Positions 1 through 8,366 of a DNA stretch of 64,000 nt are shown one piece after another (within the stretch, counting starts at the first letter, position 1; every line of letters begins with the position of its first letter). The stretch covers positions 254,374-318,373 of IMG/VR virus record IMGVR_UViG_3300028840_008185. The stretch is one strand, 5' to 3'. The notes beneath the pieces are model-generated. The model was not told the DNA's origin and did no database searches. It was given only the letters and a program-made list of their open reading frames with translations. The translations under genes were made by a program, and so were the position numbers.

Positions 1-755
1 TCAATAACAAAAGGCGGCAAATCATTTACTACAGTTCCGTTGATCCCTCTTCTATCCAAAGCTCTTTGCAGGGCTTTCTTGGCGTTGAATTCCATCTTCA
101 AGTGCTCCCTGCGCGAAGTCTGAGTTGGGTGCTGTCTATAGTGGTATGTGACAGGCTCCTTGATTCTATGAATCTTTGTAATCTCATCCACCCTCAGCGC
201 CAGATCGTAATCCTCAGACGATCTCATGGTTGTGTTGTGACCACCCACCTTCTCCATAATCTCCCGCCTAAAGAATCTTAGAGGAAAAAAACACATATAT
301 CGAAGAAGGACACTTGAATCAAACTCTCCACTGTTAGCCACATGTGGCAGAGTCCATTGTTTACCTTCATCACTGAAGCATATAAAGTTTCCACAGCAAG
401 CTCCTATTTCTGGGTGTTCATCCATATAATCCACAAAGGTCTGCAAGCAGTTCTCTGTAATTATGTCGTCCGATCCAACGTGGCAGACATACTTATGTTT
501 GTCGCTAAGCTTTGAATACGCCTCGCTTTTCGTCAAACCAATCGTTCCGCAATGCTCCCTTCTATGGAAGCTCACCCTATTGTCCGACGCCTTTACGACT
601 TTCTGCGCCGCTTCAAAAGTATCATCATCTGAACCGTCATCAAGGAATACCAGCTCCCAGTCTTCGTAGGTCTGGTTGATTATACTTGAGATGGCGGCAC
701 CTACATACTTAGCTACATTATATCCGGGCATATAGACCCCAACAGAACTTTTCAT
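1..755 (-). CDS. Family 2 glycosyltransferase (GT-A), runs off the left edge of the window
   Basis: Not in the ORF track (no stop in window). My translation from ATG 755: MKSSVGVYMPGYNVAKYVGAAISSIINQTYEDWELVFLDDGSDD...VGSDD...SSEDYDLALR...YHYRQH, with classic GT2 motifs. The ATG overlaps the upstream TGA (ATGA). Confidence 0.92.
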   Translation of the reverse strand, partial: MKSSVGVYMPGYNVAKYVGAAISSIINQTYEDWELVFLDDGSDDDTFEAAQKVVKASDNRVSFHRREHCGTIGLTKSEAYSKLSDKHKYVCHVGSDDIITENCLQTFVDYMDEHPEIGACCGNFICFSDEGKQWTLPHVANSGEFDSSVLLRYMCFFPLRFFRREIMEKVGGHNTTMRSSEDYDLALRVDEITKIHRIKEPVTYHYRQHPTQTSRREHLKMEFNAKKALQRALDRRGINGTVVNDLPPFVI

Positions 756-1336
756 AATAAACCTGCCTGCTTTGTTATTTTGTAACACAAATCGATGAAT
801 TCATTTTTGGACATTCTCGCCTTCGCGTGATTACACTTACTACAACATGGAGAACAATTTTCCAAAGTATAGCTTCTATTATTATCAATACGATCAACAC
901 CCACACGGGGAGGATCTTGAACATCTCTGTCACCGCAATAAACACAGGGTAACACTATTATAGATTCAAATTGTTCAATACTTATATTAAAAGAGATTCC
1001 TCTTATCTTGGCATTTCTTTTATATGTTGAAAAAAATCTTTTAATGGAACACTTTCTACCACAAGAATCGCAAAGCGGGGCGCCGTCATGTCTACTCACA
1101 ACTGGTTTTTCGCGGCCACAAACATAGCATACTTCTGGAAATTTTTTCTGTCGGCAAGGGCTACATAACACCAAGTCACCAATCCTGCGGGCTACTGGTT
1201 TTACTTTTCCACAGCCTGCACACATTTCAGCGTTTCTTAGATTTTGGCAGCCCTGGCATACGGGTAGTCCGTTGTCTCTGGCCCACACTTTTTTATCTTT
1301 TCCACAAACAGAGCAGGTTTCTATTTTAACTCCCAT
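752..1336 (-). CDS. HNH-like (endonuclease VII-type) protein with three N-terminal tandem Zn-ribbon repeats
   Basis: Three CxxCGxxKxVxxRxxxxxxCxxC units, then CVYCG...GVDRIDNNRSYTLENCSPCCSKCNHAK. Start moved from TTG 1363 to ATG 1336, which has GGAG 6 nt upstream. Confidence 0.75.
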   Translation of the reverse strand: MGVKIETCSVCGKDKKVWARDNGLPVCQGCQNLRNAEMCAGCGKVKPVARRIGDLVLCSPCRQKKFPEVCYVCGREKPVVSRHDGAPLCDSCGRKCSIKRFFSTYKRNAKIRGISFNISIEQFESIIVLPCVYCGDRDVQDPPRVGVDRIDNNRSYTLENCSPCCSKCNHAKARMSKNEFIDLCYKITKQAGLL

Positions 1337-1369
1337 GTCTTTCTCCACGGTGCAATTTTTCAAATCTAC

Positions 1370-2359
1370 TCATATCAAAGGCTCCGGATCTGGAGTCTGT
1401 ACTCCTAACAATTTACAATCATGATCCACCATGCGTTTCACAAGCTCTTCAAACTTCACTTTGGGCTCCCAACCTATGGCTTCTGTAGTGGCTGAGTAAT
1501 CTCCGCAAAGCTCATCAACCTCGGCTGGTCTCATGAAGAAACGATTCACTTTCACATAATCCTTCCAATTCAGCCCGACGTGACCAAAAGCAACCTCGCA
1601 GAACTCCCCAACCGTATGCATCTCGTTAGTGGCGAACACATAATCAGCAGGTTTTTCTTGCTGTAAGCACATCCAGAACCCCTCAACGAAGTCGGGCGCA
1701 TAGCCCCAATCTCTCTTAGCATCCAGATTCCCCAGCTCAAGAACATAATTGGGGTCTTGCAAACATTTTGCCACGCCCATGGAAATCTTCCTTGTTACGA
1801 AGAGGGGACCACGACGTTCAGATTCATGGTTGAATGTCACACCAGCACAGCAATACATCTTGTAAGCTTTCCTATACAGCCTGATGAAATGGTGACTGGC
1901 CACTTTGGCAATTGCATAAGGGCTCTCCGGAATAAGCAGCGTATCAAGGTTTTGTGGCGCAGGCGAAGACCCAAACATCTCAGAGGTGCTGGCGTGAAAG
2001 ATTCTAGTTTGAGGTCTTAAGCAGCGCACCACCTCTAGTATATTAATTAGCCCGCTAGTGTTAATATCGACAGTTGCAAGTGGCTGTTCAAAACTTGTAT
2101 GGACATGTGACTGAGCAGCCAGATTGTATATCTCATGTGGGCGAATATCCTCGATCAGCCTGAGCATTGACGAGGCGTCTGTAATGTCACCCTCTACAAT
2201 GTCAATAACCCCGTCGAGGTGTTTGGCGTTTCCTAGATCTCTGGTGGCGTTTCTTCGCATAACGCCAACAACATTATAGCTTTTTTCGTGAAGGAAGTCA
2301 GCCAAATGGCTCCCGTCTTGTCCGCACACACCAGTAATCAAAGCGGTTTTTCTCTTCAT
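1370..2359 (-). CDS. gmd: GDP-mannose 4,6-dehydratase
   Basis: ALITGVCGQDG, YNLAAQSHV, ASTSEMFG, SPYAIAK, FNHESERRG..FVTRKI and GNLDAKRDWG motifs. Confidence 0.97.
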   Translation of the reverse strand: MKRKTALITGVCGQDGSHLADFLHEKSYNVVGVMRRNATRDLGNAKHLDGVIDIVEGDITDASSMLRLIEDIRPHEIYNLAAQSHVHTSFEQPLATVDINTSGLINILEVVRCLRPQTRIFHASTSEMFGSSPAPQNLDTLLIPESPYAIAKVASHHFIRLYRKAYKMYCCAGVTFNHESERRGPLFVTRKISMGVAKCLQDPNYVLELGNLDAKRDWGYAPDFVEGFWMCLQQEKPADYVFATNEMHTVGEFCEVAFGHVGLNWKDYVKVNRFFMRPAEVDELCGDYSATTEAIGWEPKVKFEELVKRMVDHDCKLLGVQTPDPEPLI

Positions 2360-3342
2360 CTTAACTCTCCTTTTAGAATAGCTGCTCTATTCTTAACATA
2401 CCATTTAACCGTTTCATCGATTCCATCCTCAAAGGAAGTTTGGGCTTCAAATCCAAAATACTCTTTAGCCTTTGACACATCTAAACACCTTCTAGGTTGG
2501 CCATCCGGCATACTGGAATCCCATTCAACTTTCCCCTTGAAATCAATTCGTTTGGAAATGATATTCGCCAACTCCTTAATTGTGATCTCTTTGCCAGATC
2601 CTAAATTGACCGGCTCATCACCATCGTATTTCTCCATAGCATCGACTATAGCCGTTGCCGCATCTTTGACATACAAGAACTCCCTACTAGCACTTCCAGT
2701 GCCCCACAGCTCCACCTTATCCTCAGCCTCGTAAAACTTCCTAATCAGGGCTGGAATGACGTGGGAGTTTTGTAAATCAAAGTGATCATTTGGGCCATAT
2801 AGATTCACGGGCATGAGAAAGATGCCACGAAAACCCCACTGCTGCTTGTAGGTTTTAATCTGCATATAGAGCATTCTCTTTGTTAGGCCATAGGGAGCGT
2901 TAGTCTCTTCCGGGAAACCATCCCACAGGTTCTCTTCCTTAAATGGAACCGAACAATATTTTGGATACGAACAGACGCTTCCCAGCCCAACAAATTTGCG
3001 GAATTGGGGAGAAGGGAACGGCATCGCCTGCATTCTACTTTGGACATGCCAGGCAGCGTCCACAACGTTCGTATTCATGGCAAGATTTTCCCTCAAATAA
3101 GTAGCAGGGCTCGCTCTATTCGCGCCTATTCCACCACACTTGGCAGCAGCATGAATTATGAAATTTGGTCGAACATATCTAAACACAGATTCGGTTTCAG
3201 CCTTGTCCAGCAGATTTATATCTTTTCTGCCCAATGCTATAATATCCTCATACCCTCTGTTCCTAAGCTCTTCCTGTATGTGGGTGCCCAAGAAACCAGT
3301 CGCCCCTGTTATTAGTATTCTTCGTTCATGATAATCTGTCAT
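2356..3342 (-). CDS. fcl: GDP-L-fucose synthase (GDP-4-keto-6-deoxymannose epimerase/reductase)
   Basis: ITGATGFLG, AAKCGGIGAN, GSVCSYPK (epimerase Cys), YGLTK, PVNLYGPND..SHVIPALI (His), WGTGSASREFLYV and DGQPRR; adjacent to gmd. Confidence 0.95.
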   Translation of the reverse strand: MTDYHERRILITGATGFLGTHIQEELRNRGYEDIIALGRKDINLLDKAETESVFRYVRPNFIIHAAAKCGGIGANRASPATYLRENLAMNTNVVDAAWHVQSRMQAMPFPSPQFRKFVGLGSVCSYPKYCSVPFKEENLWDGFPEETNAPYGLTKRMLYMQIKTYKQQWGFRGIFLMPVNLYGPNDHFDLQNSHVIPALIRKFYEAEDKVELWGTGSASREFLYVKDAATAIVDAMEKYDGDEPVNLGSGKEITIKELANIISKRIDFKGKVEWDSSMPDGQPRRCLDVSKAKEYFGFEAQTSFEDGIDETVKWYVKNRAAILKGELR

Positions 3343-3350
3343 TTTTCATC

Positions 3351-4043
3351 CTATTTGTGCCAAACCTGAATGTCAGGAACTGAATTCACTAACAAATCAT
3401 TATCTATTTCACTTCTTGAGGCAACGAAAACCGCCCTTGTTACTGGATATTTCTTTTCTGCTTTCCAATCGAGGGGATATAGCTCTTCAAACTTGGGCTG
3501 CGTAATCGGCATATACACAAAATCCATATGCTTTTTCAATTGGTCAAAAACCCACCTCCTGGATGGCCGACAGGCTTCCCCACTGACGCTCTGGGTTGGG
3601 TCATATGTGAAATCTTTGCAATAGTCGATGCTTTTGCCACTATCGTATGAAACTATAGTCTCCAAAAGCAAGAGTGAATCGCACCAATTACACATACGCT
3701 CAAGAGCACCGAACGGGTCACCAAGATGATAGAGCAGACCGTAGGAATAAACTATGTCAAACTTCTCATCAAATTCCACATTTGGGGTGTCAACATCAAG
3801 CAAGAAGGCTCTGACGTGGGGAAATCTTTCCCCAAACACCGCCAGATTTTCTGGTCTCCCCTCTGTGCTGGTTACATCACAATCACGGTCAAGAAAAAAC
3901 TGCGTGTGATCTCCAATCCCTGCGCCAAGTTCTAGAACGGTTTTGTTTGTTAAATCAAGCCCCAGGCTTGCCAGGTGCTCAAAACGCACCTTGTTTACTA
4001 GCTGGTATCGTGGGGACGTAAAAGCTTCTTTAGGATCAATCAT
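3351..4043 (-). CDS. Class I SAM-dependent methyltransferase
   Basis: VLELGAGIG motif I, TEGR acidic site, FDIVYSYGLLYHL. Confidence 0.88.
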   Translation of the reverse strand: MIDPKEAFTSPRYQLVNKVRFEHLASLGLDLTNKTVLELGAGIGDHTQFFLDRDCDVTSTEGRPENLAVFGERFPHVRAFLLDVDTPNVEFDEKFDIVYSYGLLYHLGDPFGALERMCNWCDSLLLLETIVSYDSGKSIDYCKDFTYDPTQSVSGEACRPSRRWVFDQLKKHMDFVYMPITQPKFEELYPLDWKAEKKYPVTRAVFVASRSEIDNDLLVNSVPDIQVWHK

Positions 4044-4824
4044 TTAAACCTCCGTAGCCTATAATTTCGGATATGGGGCCAGCAACTCTGGCAATTTCAT
4101 TCTTTCGCGATTGTGGCGCCGCTGGCCAAGGAGGCAGTGGATCACTAACAACCGTGGGGGTCTTAGAATGTTTTATAGACGTGAGTCGTTGCACAGCCGT
4201 AGGATCTGGTGCTGGAATCTGCAAGAAAGCACAAAGCTCAGCAACTCTTTTGCCCTTTATCATGTCTTCAAACTTGTATCTAAAAATTCGCTCTTCTGGA
4301 ACATCTTCGAATAATTCAAGTATGCTGCTATTTACGAGTCTCCATGACCAAGCACACTTTTCTAGCTTGCTCATACTATCCCATTCATCGTAGTGTGGGT
4401 CACCTTTCCTGGGAGACGGCCACCACCACATATTTTTCCCCGCGAACACCTCGTAGTCGAAAATGCCAGAATTATGAATGGATCTAATTTGTGTTCTTGG
4501 ATCTCTCATCATATAAATGAATCTGGCGTCGGGAAAAACCTTAAAGAGTCCCTCCACGTAAAACGCAAGCATTCCATTTATTTCTCCAAAATCTTTGCCC
4601 GATTTCCACACTTCCTGGACAAGAGGAAGGCGCTCTTTTATAACAACCTCTTCGGCAGCCAACTCCCCTCTGTATACTTCCTGGTACTTGTCGAACATGG
4701 CCTTGGGGGAATCCTTGGTAATAATCTCATGATCGCAATACACAGAAGGCACCAAGTTCAAAATCTTGGCCAGAAGGTGCGTCCCACCATATCCATGACC
4801 GAAACCAAAAAATACCTTATTCAT
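4036..4824 (-). CDS. Sulfotransferase-like P-loop protein
   Basis: N-terminal GFGHGYGGTHLLAKIL (variant 5-prime-PSB loop), FIYMMRDPRTQIRS (3-prime-PB motif) and RYKFEDM. Confidence 0.75.
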   Translation of the reverse strand: MNKVFFGFGHGYGGTHLLAKILNLVPSVYCDHEIITKDSPKAMFDKYQEVYRGELAAEEVVIKERLPLVQEVWKSGKDFGEINGMLAFYVEGLFKVFPDARFIYMMRDPRTQIRSIHNSGIFDYEVFAGKNMWWWPSPRKGDPHYDEWDSMSKLEKCAWSWRLVNSSILELFEDVPEERIFRYKFEDMIKGKRVAELCAFLQIPAPDPTAVQRLTSIKHSKTPTVVSDPLPPWPAAPQSRKNEIARVAGPISEIIGYGGLND

Positions 4825-5701
4825 TCCTTTCTCCCTCTTTTCTCAAAACGAGCTTATCCACTATGGAATCTGGGTTCCCCCACTCGTGGAAAGTATTTAC
4901 TACAACCTTTCTCTCTTGCAGATTTTTCCGCATTATCCCTAAATTATGAGACTTCAGGACATTCCAATCAGGCGTAAACCTAACGCTATGATTGTCGGTC
5001 TTGTCCGGTATGCTGTGGTCCTGGTGTATGCCGACCATACGATGCTCAAAGACGGGCTGAACGCCAGACATTCTCATCCTGTTGGCAAAGTCATCGTCTT
5101 CTCCACATATCCCGCCCAAAAACCTTTCATCTACTCCGCGCATGCGCAGGACGTATTCCCTTTTAACAGCCATAAAGAACCAGTATGCTGGCGGGTGCGG
5201 CGGGCGCGTCAGACAGTCAACCTTCGCTCCGGGATACTCCAATATTTCAACAAAGGGCCTGCTCTTCCATTCATCATTTTTGCTCATGTGATCATTAAAC
5301 AGAGAGCTGCTTAAATACACCAAACCGTAAGCACACTGTTGTCTATTGACCATAGTTGAAGCAACAGCCAGGTTGTTTTCAGCTTGCAGGATCTCAGGTC
5401 CCGTGATGACCGCGACATCTCCAAGCGCACATCTAAAGCCAACATTATTGGTCAGGGCTGGAGTGAATGATTTAACATCGTAGAAGCTCTTGTTCTGATC
5501 CACCCAAATATACTGAAAATTAATTCCACTTTCCTCGTGATACTTTTTGCACAAATAAAGCAAATCGTCGCGCTTGGCGTCATCCACCATCACAATTTCA
5601 AAATCATCTTTGGACAAAGTTTGTTTAGCATAGGTATGAAGCGCCCTGTCGAACAGTTTTTCTCTATTATCACATGCAGATATTACCACCGAAACTTTCA
5701 T
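4817..5701 (-). CDS. Family 2 glycosyltransferase with GT7-like C-terminal motif
   Basis: VSVVIS...FEIVMVDDA, NNVGFR, and GVDERFLGGICGEDDDFANR..GIHQDH. Confidence 0.85.
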   Translation of the reverse strand: MKVSVVISACDNREKLFDRALHTYAKQTLSKDDFEIVMVDDAKRDDLLYLCKKYHEESGINFQYIWVDQNKSFYDVKSFTPALTNNVGFRCALGDVAVITGPEILQAENNLAVASTMVNRQQCAYGLVYLSSSLFNDHMSKNDEWKSRPFVEILEYPGAKVDCLTRPPHPPAYWFFMAVKREYVLRMRGVDERFLGGICGEDDDFANRMRMSGVQPVFEHRMVGIHQDHSIPDKTDNHSVRFTPDWNVLKSHNLGIMRKNLQERKVVVNTFHEWGNPDSIVDKLVLRKEGERNE

Positions 5702-6339
5702 CCATTCACCTTAGGGGCGCACACAAAGATACTTGACGTGCCGAAATGTTTTCTAAACCAATTGTTTTCACTCATAAATTTGGGCAAATACTTGAAAGAT
5801 TTGGGCATCCTTCTTCCCGTATCCTTTATAATACGGAGATTCGATTTACCTATGAGCTTTTTCCAACGCCTATGATACATAAAGCGCTCATCCCCATACT
5901 CCTTTGTCTTGTCCCACCTTCGGGCGTTTGGAATATCAAAAATGACTTTTTTGCCCACACGGGCAGACTCGTTCAAAAGTTTGATAATATCCTCATCACT
6001 GAAGTGCTCTAAGAAACCTTGGTGAAAAATACAATCTATGCTGCCATCACCATAAGGCATGTCGAATGCGTCAACTTTTTCCACCATAAGCTCTGGCATC
6101 TTTTCCTCGATGTCTTCGAGTAACTCATCCTCTATGTCCGATGCCGTTACGTTGTCTCTACCACTGTATAGCAGGACTAGTGATGTATAACCGCTCCCAG
6201 ATGCTATTTCCAGCAACGAGTCACCCTTCTTGGTGTTTTTCAAAATCTCATTGATGTAATGTTCCTGGATTAGAACAGTCCTAAAGACTGTGAACTTGTC
6301 AAAAAAGCCCTTCCACTTTCCTATTTCAGCCAATTTCAT
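5698..6339 (-). CDS. Class I SAM-dependent methyltransferase
   Basis: LLEIASGSG, VTASDI, DAFDMPYGDGSIDCIFHQGFLEH; AGGAG RBS. Confidence 0.9.
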   Translation of the reverse strand: MKLAEIGKWKGFFDKFTVFRTVLIQEHYINEILKNTKKGDSLLEIASGSGYTSLVLLYSGRDNVTASDIEDELLEDIEEKMPELMVEKVDAFDMPYGDGSIDCIFHQGFLEHFSDEDIIKLLNESARVGKKVIFDIPNARRWDKTKEYGDERFMYHRRWKKLIGKSNLRIIKDTGRRMPKSFKYLPKFMSENNWFRKHFGTSSIFVCAPKVNG

Positions 6340-6374
6340 GTCTATGCTCCTTTCATTTTTGCATTATTTTTTTC

Positions 6375-7367
6375 CTAACCTTGCGTTTTTTGGATTCCTT
6401 TTTTTGGATTCCTTTTTTTGGGACTCCTTTTTTTGGATTCTTTTTTTGGATTCTTTTTTTGGACTAGTTTTTTAATCCCGTCGCCCTTAATAAACCTTAG
6501 ACACTCTTTTAGACAAAAATCGGGGACACCTCCATTCATTATATTCCATCTAAAATCTCTGCACCTTTTGCTGTTCCAAATAGTTAATACTTCTTGGTTT
6601 AAAATGTTTCCCATTCTGCCCTTGGCATTATAATCAAAACAGCACGGACCCACAGTTCCATCGGAAAATATCACAAGGCGGTGCCGAAGCTCACAGTCCT
6701 TTATAGCGTTATGGACACTCGTAAGGTTGTCGCAACGCACCCGCTTAAACTCTGGAAGGCTAGATTCTTCTAGATTGTTACTCACGAAGATTGGAGTAAT
6801 AAGGGCGCTTTCTGCGCCAATCTCCTTGCACTTTGCTTCAAAATCTTCAATTTGATCTTGGTTGTGTTTGAAAACTATAAACTGTCCCACAATTTTTGCA
6901 TTACTTTCATATTTATCTCTAAAATGAACCAAATGCCTTAATGAATCAAAGGCTTTCTCTAAGCTACCGCCAACACGAAGTTTTTCATATACCTCCTGCG
7001 TCGTTCCGTCTATGGCTATTCTTATGTCGTCCGTCCCAGCCGCTATTATTTTTTCGGCCATGTCCGCATCAATTAAGTTGCCGTTGCTGGAAATACCCAC
7101 CTCCGCGAATTCTTTTGTGTATTTTATCATTTCTATCAAGTCTTTGTTAAGAGTTGGCTCACCCCATATGTAGACGTAAACTCTTTTCGCATAGGGTCGG
7201 AGTTTATCGGCTATTTTTTTATATGTTTCTAGGGACATATGCCCCTTTTTTCTGTCAATGAGGTCCGTACCTAGAGCACACTCAGAGCAACTGAGATTAC
7301 AGCCTAGGCTTATTTCAACGTAAAATATACTCGGAAGTATTTTTTTAAAGCGTCCTTTAGGGATCAT
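6375..7367 (-). CDS. Radical SAM enzyme with C-terminal SPASM/twitch domain and Lys-rich tail
   Basis: CNLSCSEC (CxxxCxxC), WGEPTLN, SNG, IAIDG; C-terminal DGTVGPCCFD...GNI...IWN...CLKEC. Confidence 0.92.
   Translation of the reverse strand: MIPKGRFKKILPSIFYVEISLGCNLSCSECALGTDLIDRKKGHMSLETYKKIADKLRPYAKRVYVYIWGEPTLNKDLIEMIKYTKEFAEVGISSNGNLIDADMAEKIIAAGTDDIRIAIDGTTQEVYEKLRVGGSLEKAFDSLRHLVHFRDKYESNAKIVGQFIVFKHNQDQIEDFEAKCKEIGAESALITPIFVSNNLEESSLPEFKRVRCDNLTSVHNAIKDCELRHRLVIFSDGTVGPCCFDYNAKGRMGNILNQEVLTIWNSKRCRDFRWNIMNGGVPDFCLKECLRFIKGDGIKKLVQKKNPKKESKKRSPKKRNPKKGIQKTQG
6386..6473. repeat. Array of seven T6-7 tracts separated by GGA(T/C)TC(C)-like cores (13-15 nt period)
   Basis: T-runs start at 6386, 6399, 6413, 6428, 6441, 6454 and 6468. 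Cores are ggattcc, ggattcc, gggactcc, ggattc, ggattc, ggactag. Confidence 0.9.
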
Positions 7368-7385
7368 AAATTTTGGTCCTCTCCC

Positions 7386-8345
7386 TTAGCTGTTCAAAAG
7401 TTTCTTCCCAAATTCCATCGTGATTTCACCGCCCTCGCTCGTCAATAATAATTTGCGATCAGGGCACACAACCACAACTAGATCGAACTTATTCCATGCG
7501 GCTCTGGGCGCAGCATCTATAAGATTTACGTAACTCAATTTGTCCGATATGTTTTTAGAACTTTCACTCTTAAGGACATGAAAATTCATATTTTTATAAT
7601 GCTTATGCACCGATTCAACGGCAGCAATTAGCATCTCCTCGGGAGGGTTATTAACTGGTATAAATGCCGTCACCGGATACATGTATTCAGATCTCACACC
7701 ATACCTGCGAAAGTATATGATTTGGAATTTTTGTGCGTGGCCCTGAGACCTGTAAGCTTCTACATTGCCACTTTTAAGGCTGTCCCTGCAATCCAGATGG
7801 TCTATTTTAGCGCCAGGGCAATTTACAATTTTTCCTCCAAGCCGCAAAATCCTGGCATCAAATTCATTGTCTTGGCCATAATAGGGAAAATCAGTGTTCC
7901 AGTAATTCATTGTTTTCATGGTCTCATTGAGAACACAGCCTATAAGTGGAGAGGGAAACCCTCTAATCGCACCATCTCCCTGTGTGGAAAAGCCGCCCAT
8001 ATCTTTTGGCCCAAGTTTTTGCATAAGGTCGTGCATTAGAGTGAGTGAGTTTCCAAGAGGCACGGTGTCATCGCTTAGCCAAGTGATATACTTTCCTGAA
8101 GCCTTCTTAAACCCCTCGTTGTAAGCGTGGGTAATGTTGGTCTTTTTGCCGCTAAATATGGGTACAACATTTCTGGTTTTTCGCACCTGTTCCAACCACT
8201 CAATAGTGCCATCGGTTGAGCCGGCATCATTTATAACCATTTCTATAGACATGTTCGGAGTACTCAGTACCTTTTGCACTACTTTTTGCAAAAGCTCCAG
8301 CCTATTACATGTTCCCATTACAACACTTAAATCTGAATTCGACAC
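7386..8345 (-). CDS. Family 2 glycosyltransferase
   Basis: LSVVMGTCNR, VINDAGSTDGT, AYNEGFKKASGKYITWLSDD, YYGQDNEFDAR. Confidence 0.92.
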   Translation of the reverse strand: MSNSDLSVVMGTCNRLELLQKVVQKVLSTPNMSIEMVINDAGSTDGTIEWLEQVRKTRNVVPIFSGKKTNITHAYNEGFKKASGKYITWLSDDTVPLGNSLTLMHDLMQKLGPKDMGGFSTQGDGAIRGFPSPLIGCVLNETMKTMNYWNTDFPYYGQDNEFDARILRLGGKIVNCPGAKIDHLDCRDSLKSGNVEAYRSQGHAQKFQIIYFRRYGVRSEYMYPVTAFIPVNNPPEEMLIAAVESVHKHYKNMNFHVLKSESSKNISDKLSYVNLIDAAPRAAWNKFDLVVVVCPDRKLLLTSEGGEITMEFGKKLLNS

Positions 8346-8366
8346 GATTACTCCCTTATTTGTTTA

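Noticed and set aside
1328-1375. 15-aa minus-strand mini-ORF MSRFEKLHRGERHGS coupled to the gmd stop
   Set aside because: Too short to support; the region is adequately explained as the RBS of the next gene.
6386-6473. Repeat array as a mini-CRISPR
   Set aside because: Units are 13-15 nt with no unique spacers, and there are no cas genes.
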